DNA of 41,679 nucleotides from a virus (lineage: Duplodnaviria > Caudoviricetes), in the IMG/VR virus record IMGVR_UViG_3300023246_000155, positions 1 to 41,679 of that record; one strand, given 5' to 3'. The translations under genes were made by a program, and so were the position numbers. Below are positions 27,268 to 36,435 of the stretch, piece by piece. Numbering within the stretch: position 1 is the stretch's first letter; every line of letters begins with the position of its first letter. The notes below the pieces were generated by a model. It ran no database searches. It saw only the letters and a list, made by a program, of their open reading frames with translations, and had not been told where the DNA came from.

Positions 27268-27362
27268 TAAAAAAATTTGGGGTGATGTGTTACATCCTAA
27301 GGTTAGACTTTTAGAAATCATCACCCCGTGAATAGAAAGGAGGTTAATCAATTCAATTCATT
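27268..27362 (-). ncRNA. Candidate small RNA or 3'UTR element with anti-SD sequence and terminal hairpin
   Basis: AACTTTATAAG TATA-like motif (27391-81); UUAACCUCCUUUCU (27347-34); stem GGGGTGATG/CATCACCCC followed by a U tract. Confidence 0.5.
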
Positions 27363-27395
27363 AAATATAATAATCTATTCCTTATAAAGTTATGT

Positions 27396-27569
27396 TTATC
27401 TATTCTGAGCGTAATTCTTCAACATATACACTATTGGTCCAGCGAGCCATGCGTACTCATTTGGTATACCTGATAATAATGCAATAGCGAATGGGACAAG
27501 CAAGTAAGCTGAATTTTTTACTGTTTTACTTAGCCCTATCCAAAAACTATAATCTACTTTTTTTGCCAT
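27396..27569 (-). CDS. 57-aa holin-like membrane protein; not in ORF track
   Basis: GGAGGT RBS; MAKKVDYSFWIGLSKTVKNSAYLLVPFAIALLSGIPNEYAWLAGPIVYMLKNYAQNR; last gene of the tail operon. Confidence 0.65.
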   Translation of the reverse strand: MAKKVDYSFWIGLSKTVKNSAYLLVPFAIALLSGIPNEYAWLAGPIVYMLKNYAQNR

Positions 27570-27592
27570 GTTTAACCTCCGTTTGGATTTAG

Positions 27593-29032
27593 TTATGTGT
27601 ACAATAAGACCATACTATAAATCTGAGTGTCTGCTGAATTTAGTTCAACTTTGATTCTTAGATTTGCTCCTGGTGGTGATAATGTTTTGAGTGTGTTTTG
27701 GTCGAGTGATTGATAACTTATCCCGTTGTCTATGCTCACATAAAAAACTGTTCCGGGGATTGATTGTCCTTTGACCCTTATCTCGCAAGATGTTGCCGCT
27801 TCTGAGGCCTTTTTAAGATTGCTGATCCATGTTCCGCTTGCGCCTGTCGATTTCAAAACTCCTTCAGTTATCTCTGTTGTTGAATGGGTTCCTGAGATTG
27901 CGTCAAATCCAAAATACCAAGAATAATTCAATTTGTTTATATTGTCTGCAACCTTCAGTCTGTCGCTTTTCTGATTCAGGCCATTTAATATCTGTGAGAC
28001 GTTTTCTTGCTCTTCTTCAACTGACAACTCTGTTCTCCATCCCCCTGAACTTGTTCCGAATTTTTGAGTGATCTTTTTTAACTTGTATTGCCCATGGACT
28101 TGCTGTCTTGGGATTAATAGCCAAATGTTATCTCCTGGCTTGATGGATTCTAGTCCGAATGACTTTACTGTGGCCGTTGGCGTGAGATTTGTTATCTCTA
28201 GTAGTTTTGCTTCTGCTAGGTTCTTCACGCTTGTTTCTGTGTTTGCCGATACATCTTTTATGAAAACTTCTCTTATTTCGGTCCCCTCATCATCACTTAT
28301 TGCGGTGTAGACGATTGGAAGGCCCTCCTCGCTTTGTCCGATGGCCACCACGCGCGTTTTCTCGTAATAATCATTAATCCCCCACCCTTTCGAATCTATG
28401 AGGTTGTCGCCCTCTACAACCGCGTCATCTGTGTTTGCTATTGAATTTGCTTCAAAAAAATGAAAATCAAGATTATTATCCACATAACAGTCAAACCCGG
28501 CATAATTACATATCTCCATGACACAATCCCAAAATTTCTTATAATTCCACTGAACGTTCATTGATGTTTCTGTGGCCGCGACATTCGAATAAGTAAATCC
28601 ATAACTTGTTGGCAATCTCCCAATAATATCCTTTAAAATTTGTGATGGTTCTTCCTCTGTTGCTGAGTAACAAATAAGATATTCTGTTAAGGTGTAGGCC
28701 CTATGTCTGCCTTCTATTTCTAAAACTTGCCCGCGATCGCCAATACTCTCTTTAATATTATCAACTCTCCCCCAAAACTGCAAAGTCGTGCCATCAGAGT
28801 TATCCGCATAAAATTTGATTGCATTTCCTGCAGAATATTTCCCTGATAATTGTCCGGCCGCATTTGAGAAGGTTGCTCTAAAGGTCCCGATTCCACTTGT
28901 TACTGGATATGTGAATAAACTCTCTATTGTTTTGCCTGTCAAATCGTCCCCATCCAGTTCGACCTTAATCTTTCCATTTCTTGGTTTTGGAATTGGAATA
29001 AATATCTCTGTTGATTCTATCATCAGATCCAC
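27593..29032 (-). CDS. Baseplate hub/tail tip protein
   Basis: 479 aa downstream of the tape measure; FWGRVDNI..LEIEGRH..FDCYVD..FHFF..IKPGD hub-like pattern. Confidence 0.65.
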   Translation of the reverse strand: MDLMIESTEIFIPIPKPRNGKIKVELDGDDLTGKTIESLFTYPVTSGIGTFRATFSNAAGQLSGKYSAGNAIKFYADNSDGTTLQFWGRVDNIKESIGDRGQVLEIEGRHRAYTLTEYLICYSATEEEPSQILKDIIGRLPTSYGFTYSNVAATETSMNVQWNYKKFWDCVMEICNYAGFDCYVDNNLDFHFFEANSIANTDDAVVEGDNLIDSKGWGINDYYEKTRVVAIGQSEEGLPIVYTAISDDEGTEIREVFIKDVSANTETSVKNLAEAKLLEITNLTPTATVKSFGLESIKPGDNIWLLIPRQQVHGQYKLKKITQKFGTSSGGWRTELSVEEEQENVSQILNGLNQKSDRLKVADNINKLNYSWYFGFDAISGTHSTTEITEGVLKSTGASGTWISNLKKASEAATSCEIRVKGQSIPGTVFYVSIDNGISYQSLDQNTLKTLSPPGANLRIKVELNSADTQIYSMVLLYT

Positions 29033-31380
29033 TCACAATTAATACAATAACCTTCTATCTCAAGCGATGGCTGAAGTATTCTTTGGTCTGATGCATTGCA
29101 ATTTTCGAAGTCTGCCCAGAACCAAATTTGTGTATTATTTAGATATTCTACATTTGAGTTGATTGTCTGCCATGTCGTGTTGATCACGTTCGATTCATTC
29201 TTTGTTGCATTGTTGCTCCAGGTAAGATTCAAACACTCAAAATCTTCATTAAGTTTAATCGACAAATTCATATCTCCTCCGTAGTTTGTCGTTGTTATAT
29301 TGTAAGCTGGTATTGTTGTTGTTTGGCCATAGGCAGTCACGTTCTTCGAGCTATTTGTTTTTGGAATAAAAAATAATTTGCTCGCCCATGTATATGGGAG
29401 ATTCTTAAAAAAACTAGAATAATAAGCAAACACACTCAACGTTTCATTATTTGATTTATTTGTATACAAAATATCCCAAATCATTGATTCTTCATATACA
29501 TATTGAGCATTTACCCCAGTAGCATCTCTTAATAAAATATAATCTGTACCATTCCAACAACCCCATTTTGTATATCCCAAATAACTACTATTAATTCTAA
29601 ATTGTAAAGGATTTTGATTAAAACATTGTTGTGCAATAGTTAAATTCTCACTCCCAATTTTATCTTTTACTTGCCATAAACTCGAATTCAGTGCTCCATA
29701 AGGTTTGGTATAATTAAAAAATACAAATGATGTTGATGATGATTGAGCAGAACCAAAAGTTCCCCAATTTCCATCATAAATATTTTCAGCAGATGTCCAA
29801 GCTCCTGAAATTAAATAAGCTCCTGTTCCTAATCCACCACAGTCAGTTGAAATATTAGCTGTTTCTTGATAACAATCTATATCACTATGTTCATAAACTA
29901 AAACCTCAATTGTATCATTTCCTCCTAAATAATCATACCTAATATCAGAAATAACCAAAGTTCCATTTTTAGAAGATTGAAATTTTATTGGAATATCTCC
30001 GTAATTAGTTTGACTTTCTAAAAAGGAATTAATTAAATCTTTATCAAGATAAACAGGATTTGGGTCATAAGAATAATTTACTTCAATATCCGAAATCTGT
30101 ATTTTCCCGGCAGTATCACTTATAAAATATAAAGGGACCAAACAATATCCATCTGAATCTAACGCACAAGTAGATAAGAAAGTATTAATTGAACTATTAA
30201 AATTACTTGTTTTATTTGGAGAGAATGTTTCATTAAATTCCCCTGTGTGATTCCATTCATAAGTTCCGTCTACAATTCCTACTTCTAAACTAATATTATT
30301 GAGATATCTTTCATCTAAATAAATATACATTCCAGCGGAATCTACACTCGTTTTATAGTAGGTTACTCCATTCATATATTGAAGCCAAAAACATGAAGTT
30401 GATTTGAATTGAACAGTATAATCTAATTCTGAATTAAAAAAAGTATCAGAGATTGTCTCATTGGCTATTTGCTGGGTACCTCCTGTTGTTGGTGTGAAAG
30501 TGTTCCAATCAATAATTACATTATCTCCTTCTTTTATGATATATAAAGCTTCTGTACTTCCACAATCATCACCCCCTCTAGTAAAGAATCCTATTTTTGA
30601 ACTCCATCCACTTGCAGTTGGTTTAAAGTTAAACACATGCCAAGTAGGATTCCCAGGTCCTATTTGATAAAAATTGCTTCCAGGGAAATTTGCCTTATAA
30701 CCATAATCATACGTAAAACCACTTAAATTCATATATGCAGAAGAAACCGAAGCAGTTTTTGGAATTTTTAAATACTCAATATTTGTTTCAGCTTTATCAA
30801 AAGTTATATTCTTGATTGTAGAACCATCATTTAATTCATCAAGGGCAATCTCTCCATCAAAAACCAATCCAACATTATTACTTAAAGTATTATTTACATA
30901 TATTTTAACATTTGTGGGATATGTTCCATTTGAAATATAACCAGAAACATTAATCGAAACATTTTCTATCTCGTCATAATGATGTCCCTTAATATAAACC
31001 GTATCATTTCCACCATTCACCCAACTAATATTTTTAGAAGTAGAACTGTCATTTAATTCTGTTTTTCTAAAATAAGAAATATTGAGAGTAAAATTTGCGT
31101 TTGGGGTTCCACATGTGTAGTTGTCTCCATAGTTTGGGTGGTCGATATCCACACACGTTGTTGTCGCGCCGGTTAGATTTGTTGTGAAGTTTATTGGGGT
31201 TCCAAGTTCTACCGAAATATTTCCGCTTACTAGATTTGTTGCGGTGTCGTTTACTCCATACCAAAAAGGATCTCCCAAACAAAATCCAGAAGAAGGATTA
31301 ATAACCAATCCTTCAAAAATATATATCCCAGAACAAATAATTAAAATCATCCAAGAATAAAATAAAACTTCCTTTAACAT
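29023..31380 (-). CDS. Large membrane-anchored or secreted sequon-rich protein
   Basis: Likely start MLKEVLF with AGGAG RBS; N-terminal hydrophobic helix; about 40 N-x-S/T sequons by hand count. Confidence 0.7.
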   Translation of the reverse strand: MLKEVLFYSWMILIICSGIYIFEGLVINPSSGFCLGDPFWYGVNDTATNLVSGNISVELGTPINFTTNLTGATTTCVDIDHPNYGDNYTCGTPNANFTLNISYFRKTELNDSSTSKNISWVNGGNDTVYIKGHHYDEIENVSINVSGYISNGTYPTNVKIYVNNTLSNNVGLVFDGEIALDELNDGSTIKNITFDKAETNIEYLKIPKTASVSSAYMNLSGFTYDYGYKANFPGSNFYQIGPGNPTWHVFNFKPTASGWSSKIGFFTRGGDDCGSTEALYIIKEGDNVIIDWNTFTPTTGGTQQIANETISDTFFNSELDYTVQFKSTSCFWLQYMNGVTYYKTSVDSAGMYIYLDERYLNNISLEVGIVDGTYEWNHTGEFNETFSPNKTSNFNSSINTFLSTCALDSDGYCLVPLYFISDTAGKIQISDIEVNYSYDPNPVYLDKDLINSFLESQTNYGDIPIKFQSSKNGTLVISDIRYDYLGGNDTIEVLVYEHSDIDCYQETANISTDCGGLGTGAYLISGAWTSAENIYDGNWGTFGSAQSSSTSFVFFNYTKPYGALNSSLWQVKDKIGSENLTIAQQCFNQNPLQFRINSSYLGYTKWGCWNGTDYILLRDATGVNAQYVYEESMIWDILYTNKSNNETLSVFAYYSSFFKNLPYTWASKLFFIPKTNSSKNVTAYGQTTTIPAYNITTTNYGGDMNLSIKLNEDFECLNLTWSNNATKNESNVINTTWQTINSNVEYLNNTQIWFWADFENCNASDQRILQPSLEIEGYCINCEWI

Positions 31381-31910
31381 TTTCCACTTCTCCTTTTTAT
31401 AAAATAATTTTCCCATTTCTCTTTTGTATAATTTGTTTTGGCATGACATGAAACACACAAACAAATTAAATTATCTGGTTTACTGTTGTTTTTATCATAA
31501 TCTATATGATGAATACTTAATCTTCTTTTTGATTCTTTCTCATGCTTAAAACACTCTTGACATCTAAAATTATCTCTTTTTCTTATATTTTTTTTCAATT
31601 CTTTATTAAAATCCTTTCCATAGGGTTCCAATGATTTCCAATTATCAAAATATTTATGTAATTCTCCTTTTTGAAATTTTGTATTTATCTTATCCCAAAT
31701 TTCCCTACATGAATGTTTTTTATTTTTAGACATTAAACAATTACAAATTGGACATTTAAGTGTTCTATCATAAACTTGTTTAGATATTCTTTTTCTTTTT
31801 TCCAAATCTTTAAAAAATCCATTCTTTTGTCTTGTTTTTGTTCTCCTATCTATTTCTTCTTTACTTTTTTTCCTTCCAACATTTATCTTACTTCCTTTCT
31901 GAAATCTCAC
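31374..31910 (-). CDS. HNH endonuclease
   Basis: IRKRDNFRCQEC..IHHIDYDKNNSKPDNLICLCVSCH; probable GTG start overlapping the upstream TGA, with GAGGT RBS. Confidence 0.85.
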   Translation of the reverse strand: MRFQKGSKINVGRKKSKEEIDRRTKTRQKNGFFKDLEKRKRISKQVYDRTLKCPICNCLMSKNKKHSCREIWDKINTKFQKGELHKYFDNWKSLEPYGKDFNKELKKNIRKRDNFRCQECFKHEKESKRRLSIHHIDYDKNNSKPDNLICLCVSCHAKTNYTKEKWENYFIKRRSGKC

Positions 31911-32413
31911 TTTAATACCTCGTTGTTTATTTCCATTCCCCAAACTATTGTTTCGTCCGGGTTACTCTTAAGCCCAACAAGCATATAATCTTGGCAACTA
32001 TATCTCGCAAATCTGTGAACATAAATTCTATCTTTTCTTGGCTTTGTTGCATTTGTGAAGTTCTCATATCTCCATCCTGCTGTTGATGCCCGTATTCCCT
32101 TGTCATATAAAAATTGTTTCTTGACTCTTCCATCTTTAAAAAAAATCCAATAATCAGGGATCCCTGGTGAGAAGTCCATCTTAAATTCCTCTGGGTTATA
32201 AATATCATAATTGTCTGGTCCTAAGTTACAAATCTTACCATACGAAACACAAGGATCGTCTGGAGTTCCAAGACACACATCATCGCTTCCAGTTATCTCA
32301 AACCCCATCGCCATCAAAACAAAAAATAAAGAAGTCACTGTGATAATCGCACCACCTGCTATCTTTGCGTACTTACTTGATTCTCTTCTTAAGTAAATTC
32401 TTCTATTTCCCAT
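31907..32413 (-). CDS. Membrane-anchored protein (probable N-terminal part of a gene split by the HNH)
   Basis: Start MGNRRIY (TAATG coupling); TM IAGGAIITVTSLFFVLMAMGF; ends WGMEINNEVLK at the HNH start. Confidence 0.65.
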   Translation of the reverse strand: MGNRRIYLRRESSKYAKIAGGAIITVTSLFFVLMAMGFEITGSDDVCLGTPDDPCVSYGKICNLGPDNYDIYNPEEFKMDFSPGIPDYWIFFKDGRVKKQFLYDKGIRASTAGWRYENFTNATKPRKDRIYVHRFARYSCQDYMLVGLKSNPDETIVWGMEINNEVLK

Positions 32414-32844
32414 TATGTGTTTGTACTTGATTGCACAAGCTTTAAGTTCCATCTCAATTTTGTTGGTTCTGCCTCAGTATATGTTGAACTAAAACTTAAA
32501 ACTTTAACCCATAGCCCTCCTCTTATGTCATCATTAAAATATAATGGGTACCCCGAATCATTGTCCTGATGACCTTGTTGAAGGTTCTCTACATCTGCAA
32601 TCCACCCAACAATATTTGCCTTTGATTCATTCAGATATACCCCTGTTAGAGTTATTGTTTTTGTAACTCCTCCATAATCGAATACATCGGTACCATCCGC
32701 ATCGGATAAATAAAGAGGCATGATTGCAAGACTAGAATCTTTACTACAATCATTATCAGTAATAGTAGCATTCCCATCACCATGAAGTGTAACATATTCA
32801 GTATACTCTCCATCGCCTAGAAATCCTAATGTTGTATTTCCCAT
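32413..32844 (-). CDS. Distal tail protein (Dit-like)
   Basis: Immediately after the tape measure; GGVTKTITLTG..WNLKLVQ pattern. Confidence 0.55.
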   Translation of the reverse strand: MGNTTLGFLGDGEYTEYVTLHGDGNATITDNDCSKDSSLAIMPLYLSDADGTDVFDYGGVTKTITLTGVYLNESKANIVGWIADVENLQQGHQDNDSGYPLYFNDDIRGGLWVKVLSFSSTYTEAEPTKLRWNLKLVQSSTNT

Positions 32845-34079
32845 TATGCTATCCCTCGAGATTTTAATTCCATCATTGTAATATTCGAGAATCTTCTCGC
32901 AAGTTCATCCGGATCAATATTCGAAGAGTTCCCGTTCATTTGAATTGTTGGCTTTAGAATAATACTGCTTGAGCTGTTGCTATTATTATTAACTCTTGGA
33001 ATCACGCTTTCTCCCCTATGCAATTTGTACATTCCTGTTTGCCCTACAAACGCTGTTCCTGTTTGATGTCCTTCAACATCATCATCATCATCCCCTTTCC
33101 AGATTGATTTTACTTTCTTCCATAACCATGCACCGAAGTTCCAATGCCAGCTCCAGATTGATTTTACTTTTCCCCAGAGCCATCCTCCAAAGTCGGCCAC
33201 ATAATTCCAAACTGCTTTCATCTTTCCCCACAACCAAGAGCCGAAGTCCATTGTGTAATTCCAAACCGATATCAACACGCCCCATAACCAACTTCCGAAA
33301 TCCATCACATAATTCCAAACTGTCTTCAATTTATCCCAGAGCCATCCTCCAAAATCCCAATACCAACTCCAAACTGATTTCAATTTATCCCATAACCATC
33401 CGGCGAAGTCTGCTGTCCAATTCCAAATTTTCTTAATGTTATCCCACAACCATCCTCCAAATTGTTTCATCTTATTGTATACTGCTCCCCAGTCAATTTG
33501 TGCTAGTAATGCAAGGCCTGCTCCAATTAAAGCTCCGGCTGCTGCTCCGATTGGTCCTCCTAATGCACCGATCGCCGCGCCGGCCAAAGCTCCGCCTCCT
33601 GCGCCCAACGCAGTTCCAACCACCTTCTTCCCGATTCCTGTTCTAGAAAATTTTAGCCATGAGACTGCTGCTTTCATTAACATGATTGCTAGTGGTCGAA
33701 GTAACCCTGCCAAAAAATCTCCAAATGGCCTAAAAAATATTAAAAATGCTCTTCCAAAAACTGACAAAACTCCTCTAAGATATCCGCTTGACTTCTTCAT
33801 TAATCCCAAGGCTGTTCCAGCGATTGCCGCTATTATTCCTAACTTTGCAACGGTTGCACCCATCCCTTTTGATAATCCCATAAACCCTGATCCTGCTGAA
33901 CCTCCGCCTCCGCCTCCACCTGCACTTGCTGAGGATTTGGAACCCCCAAAACCCGCAGATTTTAAGGACTTATTTAGAGACGCCGCTATCTTGTCGCCAA
34001 TCTGCTTGCCGACTTTGTCTCCTTCTCTTCCACCTTTAACGGTGATTGGAACCTTGATTTCCATGGTGCTCTCTGCCAT
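32844..34079 (-). CDS. Short tape measure protein
   Basis: Follows the frameshifted chaperone; Gly/Ala hydrophobic segments, 18-aa Trp-rich repeats, C-terminal HQTGTAFV..LHRGESVIP. Confidence 0.85.
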   Translation of the reverse strand: MAESTMEIKVPITVKGGREGDKVGKQIGDKIAASLNKSLKSAGFGGSKSSASAGGGGGGGSAGSGFMGLSKGMGATVAKLGIIAAIAGTALGLMKKSSGYLRGVLSVFGRAFLIFFRPFGDFLAGLLRPLAIMLMKAAVSWLKFSRTGIGKKVVGTALGAGGGALAGAAIGALGGPIGAAAGALIGAGLALLAQIDWGAVYNKMKQFGGWLWDNIKKIWNWTADFAGWLWDKLKSVWSWYWDFGGWLWDKLKTVWNYVMDFGSWLWGVLISVWNYTMDFGSWLWGKMKAVWNYVADFGGWLWGKVKSIWSWHWNFGAWLWKKVKSIWKGDDDDDVEGHQTGTAFVGQTGMYKLHRGESVIPRVNNNSNSSSSIILKPTIQMNGNSSNIDPDELARRFSNITMMELKSRGIA

Positions 34080-34286
34080 CAATCCTTCATCTCGGCCCCA
34101 ACCTTCTTTTTATATTCCATTTCCATTTCCCTCATATAACACATTCTGTCGTAAGGTAGCGCGTCTACCTGACTCGGGGTGTAATTAAACCGATTAGCGA
34201 AAAACCAATAAATAAATTCTTGTGAAATCTCTGGATCGTCTAGGTAGTGTCCGGAGATGCTTTCTCTGATTTTAAATTTTTTTTTT
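34079..34286 (-). CDS. -1 frameshift extension of tail assembly chaperone (gpGT-like)
   Basis: A10 run at 34286-34277; -1 frame reads KKFKIRESISGHYLDDPEISQEFIYWFFANRFNYTPSQVDALPYDRMC...MKD to a TGA overlapping the tape-measure ATG. Confidence 0.8.
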
Positions 34287-34650
34287 CAGAGGGCTCCGCG
34301 AACTCATTATATGCTTCGAACAAATAATCAGTGACGTCTGCAGGTAATTTCTTTAAGTCTGCAACTGAAGTCTCAAAAGGAGCTTTGATAATTGCCTCGG
34401 CCAGTATCTTCTCCTGAATCTCACTCTCGTCAATTTTAATCTGTGGTTGCCCACCGAGTATTGTTGTCTTAGTGCATTCGGATTTGATTCTGTTCCTTAT
34501 CCCAGTGTTAAGTTTCCGAATTGTGATCATTTCCTCTACTTCTTTATCGTCTCGTTTAATCATCAAAGGGATATCCTTTGTTTGTTCTACGATTTGATTC
34601 TTAGCATTGATCTCCATAATCGGCATAACGGGTTTTTTATCCTCTGCCAT
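34240..34650 (-). CDS. Tail assembly chaperone (gpG-like)
   Basis: Between tail tube and tape measure; EKKN slippery site near the C-terminus. Confidence 0.8.
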   Translation of the reverse strand: MAEDKKPVMPIMEINAKNQIVEQTKDIPLMIKRDDKEVEEMITIRKLNTGIRNRIKSECTKTTILGGQPQIKIDESEIQEKILAEAIIKAPFETSVADLKKLPADVTDYLFEAYNEFAEPSEKKNLKSEKASPDTT

Positions 34651-34651
34651 C

Positions 34652-35656
34652 TTAAATGTTGTCTGCTGCTACAGGTGCTGTCTCGACATCATTTGTATAA
34701 ATAATGTTAGTGCAACCTCTGGCCCAGCCGGTCACATCCTCTTTAATTACTTCTGTTGCATTCTGTGGAAGGGTTTCTTCATTCAAGTGTATTCCAGTCA
34801 AGTTGATGTCCAGGATATCTCCATCGTCATTTGTGAATGTTAACTCTAATGTTGCAATCTCTGTTCCGCTTCCTGCATCTGGTGCAGTTGCTGAATTTGT
34901 CCCATTAAAGAAATATGTCAATAAGTCAGTGTAATCGTTGAACGCTGCTGTCATCGTGAAGTTGTATTCTCGATTTTCAGCAACTACTCCTGTCATGAAT
35001 CTGGACCCTATCCCATAAACTGCTTTCGCGCTATTTCCAATACTCAACTCGAAACTCTGAACCGCTGCGATTTTTGTTCCGTCTGGCATCTCGATGCTCC
35101 CATGTGCGAAAGTGAATATCGGTTCTATCTCTGCGTTGTTTGCAACGAATGTTGTGTTGACTGTTTCGTATCGGTACATTGTTTCTAATGTGAATTTTAA
35201 TGCTTCGTTTACCGCCGCTGTCAAAGTACAATTATTAATAACGTTTCCAATAAGGACAGATGTGAAGTCTGTTGTTCCCAACTCCATGCTTGAACTGATA
35301 GTAAAACTTGGTAGAATATCCGCTTCTGTGTACGTGTGGGTATATGCTTCGCTTGTTCCTCCGTCGGAATTTGCTCCCATAACTCCCAATAGCCAATAAG
35401 CATTTGCGACCATCCCTGTGATGCTTGCCTCTCCTCCGTATTGTTTGTTGATTGTTGCAGTTGCGTTTCGTGCTCCAATTCCATAGACTCTTTCTGCGTT
35501 GTTTGTCCTGGTTATCGTTACTTCAATCCCTTGACCAAACGGCATATAAGTCTCGTCGCTAGCTGTGTGCGATGCGGCCGCTACGCCCCACCCATCCATA
35601 TCTTCGAATGCGAATAAAGCAGTTGAATTTCCTCCTCCAATATAATTGTTAACCAT
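34652..35656 (-). CDS. Major tail (tube) protein
   Basis: 334-aa acidic Thr/Gly-rich protein with GGAGGT RBS, upstream of the chaperone. Confidence 0.8.
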   Translation of the reverse strand: MVNNYIGGGNSTALFAFEDMDGWGVAAASHTASDETYMPFGQGIEVTITRTNNAERVYGIGARNATATINKQYGGEASITGMVANAYWLLGVMGANSDGGTSEAYTHTYTEADILPSFTISSSMELGTTDFTSVLIGNVINNCTLTAAVNEALKFTLETMYRYETVNTTFVANNAEIEPIFTFAHGSIEMPDGTKIAAVQSFELSIGNSAKAVYGIGSRFMTGVVAENREYNFTMTAAFNDYTDLLTYFFNGTNSATAPDAGSGTEIATLELTFTNDDGDILDINLTGIHLNEETLPQNATEVIKEDVTGWARGCTNIIYTNDVETAPVAADNI

Positions 35657-35657
35657 G

Positions 35658-36215
35658 TTAGTTTTTTTTACCTCCCGTGTTATTTAATTTTAGTTTGATT
35701 CCTAATCCTCGTTTCCCAATGTTTTCATCTAGTAAAATATGACAGGGTTTACAATAAGTTATTCCATTTCCTATATCCCATAATTCCTTACATTTTCTTG
35801 CCTGTTCGGATGTAGTTATGTTAAATAGTTTTAATAGTTTTGAAAATGCGATTATATGGTGTGCTTCCAAATATCCTTTTTTTCCACAATGTTGACAATG
35901 ATAATTATCACGTTTGAAAACATCTGCTCTCCATTCTAAATATTCTCTCATCATCATAATTCTTCCCCTTAATTCTCTCTTAAATCCAGTAAATTTTTTA
36001 TCTCCAGTCTGTTCTAAACTTTTATTTATTCTAGATTCCATGCTCCAAGTATGACATTCCTTATGATAATTTGCATGACCTTCTTGGAATCCTGATTTCT
36101 TATTATAATTTCCAGTTTTAACTTTGTAACCTTTCTTTCCCTTGTTCCATGGGATGCATCCCTTTTTGAATTGTGTTTCTGGATTTGCACTCTGTCCTTT
36201 CTCAAATTGTGCCAT
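35658..36215 (-). CDS. HNH endonuclease
   Basis: FKKGCIPWNKG N-terminal motif; WRADVFKRDNYHCQHC..EAHH..NGITYCKPCH. Confidence 0.85.
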   Translation of the reverse strand: MAQFEKGQSANPETQFKKGCIPWNKGKKGYKVKTGNYNKKSGFQEGHANYHKECHTWSMESRINKSLEQTGDKKFTGFKRELRGRIMMMREYLEWRADVFKRDNYHCQHCGKKGYLEAHHIIAFSKLLKLFNITTSEQARKCKELWDIGNGITYCKPCHILLDENIGKRGLGIKLKLNNTGGKKN

Positions 36216-36216
36216 A

Positions 36217-36435
36217 TTAAGAAGACATCTCCTGCTTTTTTAAAATTTTCTTCTTTGGATTTAGTTTTCTCATTTGAGTTTTCTTCTTCTGCGCGGTTAG
36301 TTCGTCGTCGATGATTTCTTTTTCTGAATTATTTTTGTCATCTTGGGCGGGTTCCATTAGTTCTTCAGCCTGAGCCATTGTTAACTTCCCTTTCGCGACA
36401 TCCGTCATTAAACGCTTTTTAGCTTTATTCAACAT
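36217..36435 (-). CDS. Hypothetical protein
   Basis: Likely start MLNKAKK overlapping the end of the upstream gene. Confidence 0.5.
   Translation of the reverse strand: MLNKAKKRLMTDVAKGKLTMAQAEELMEPAQDDKNNSEKEIIDDELTAQKKKTQMRKLNPKKKILKKQEMSS

Noticed and set aside
31270-31915. Bulge-helix-bulge intron around the HNH gene
   Set aside because: Only weak pairing between the putative junctions, and the downstream ORF has its own RBS, start and leader.
33100-33460. 54-nt periodic repeats resembling a CRISPR array
   Set aside because: Degenerate in-frame coding repeats of the tape measure protein; no constant repeat with unique spacers and no cas genes.
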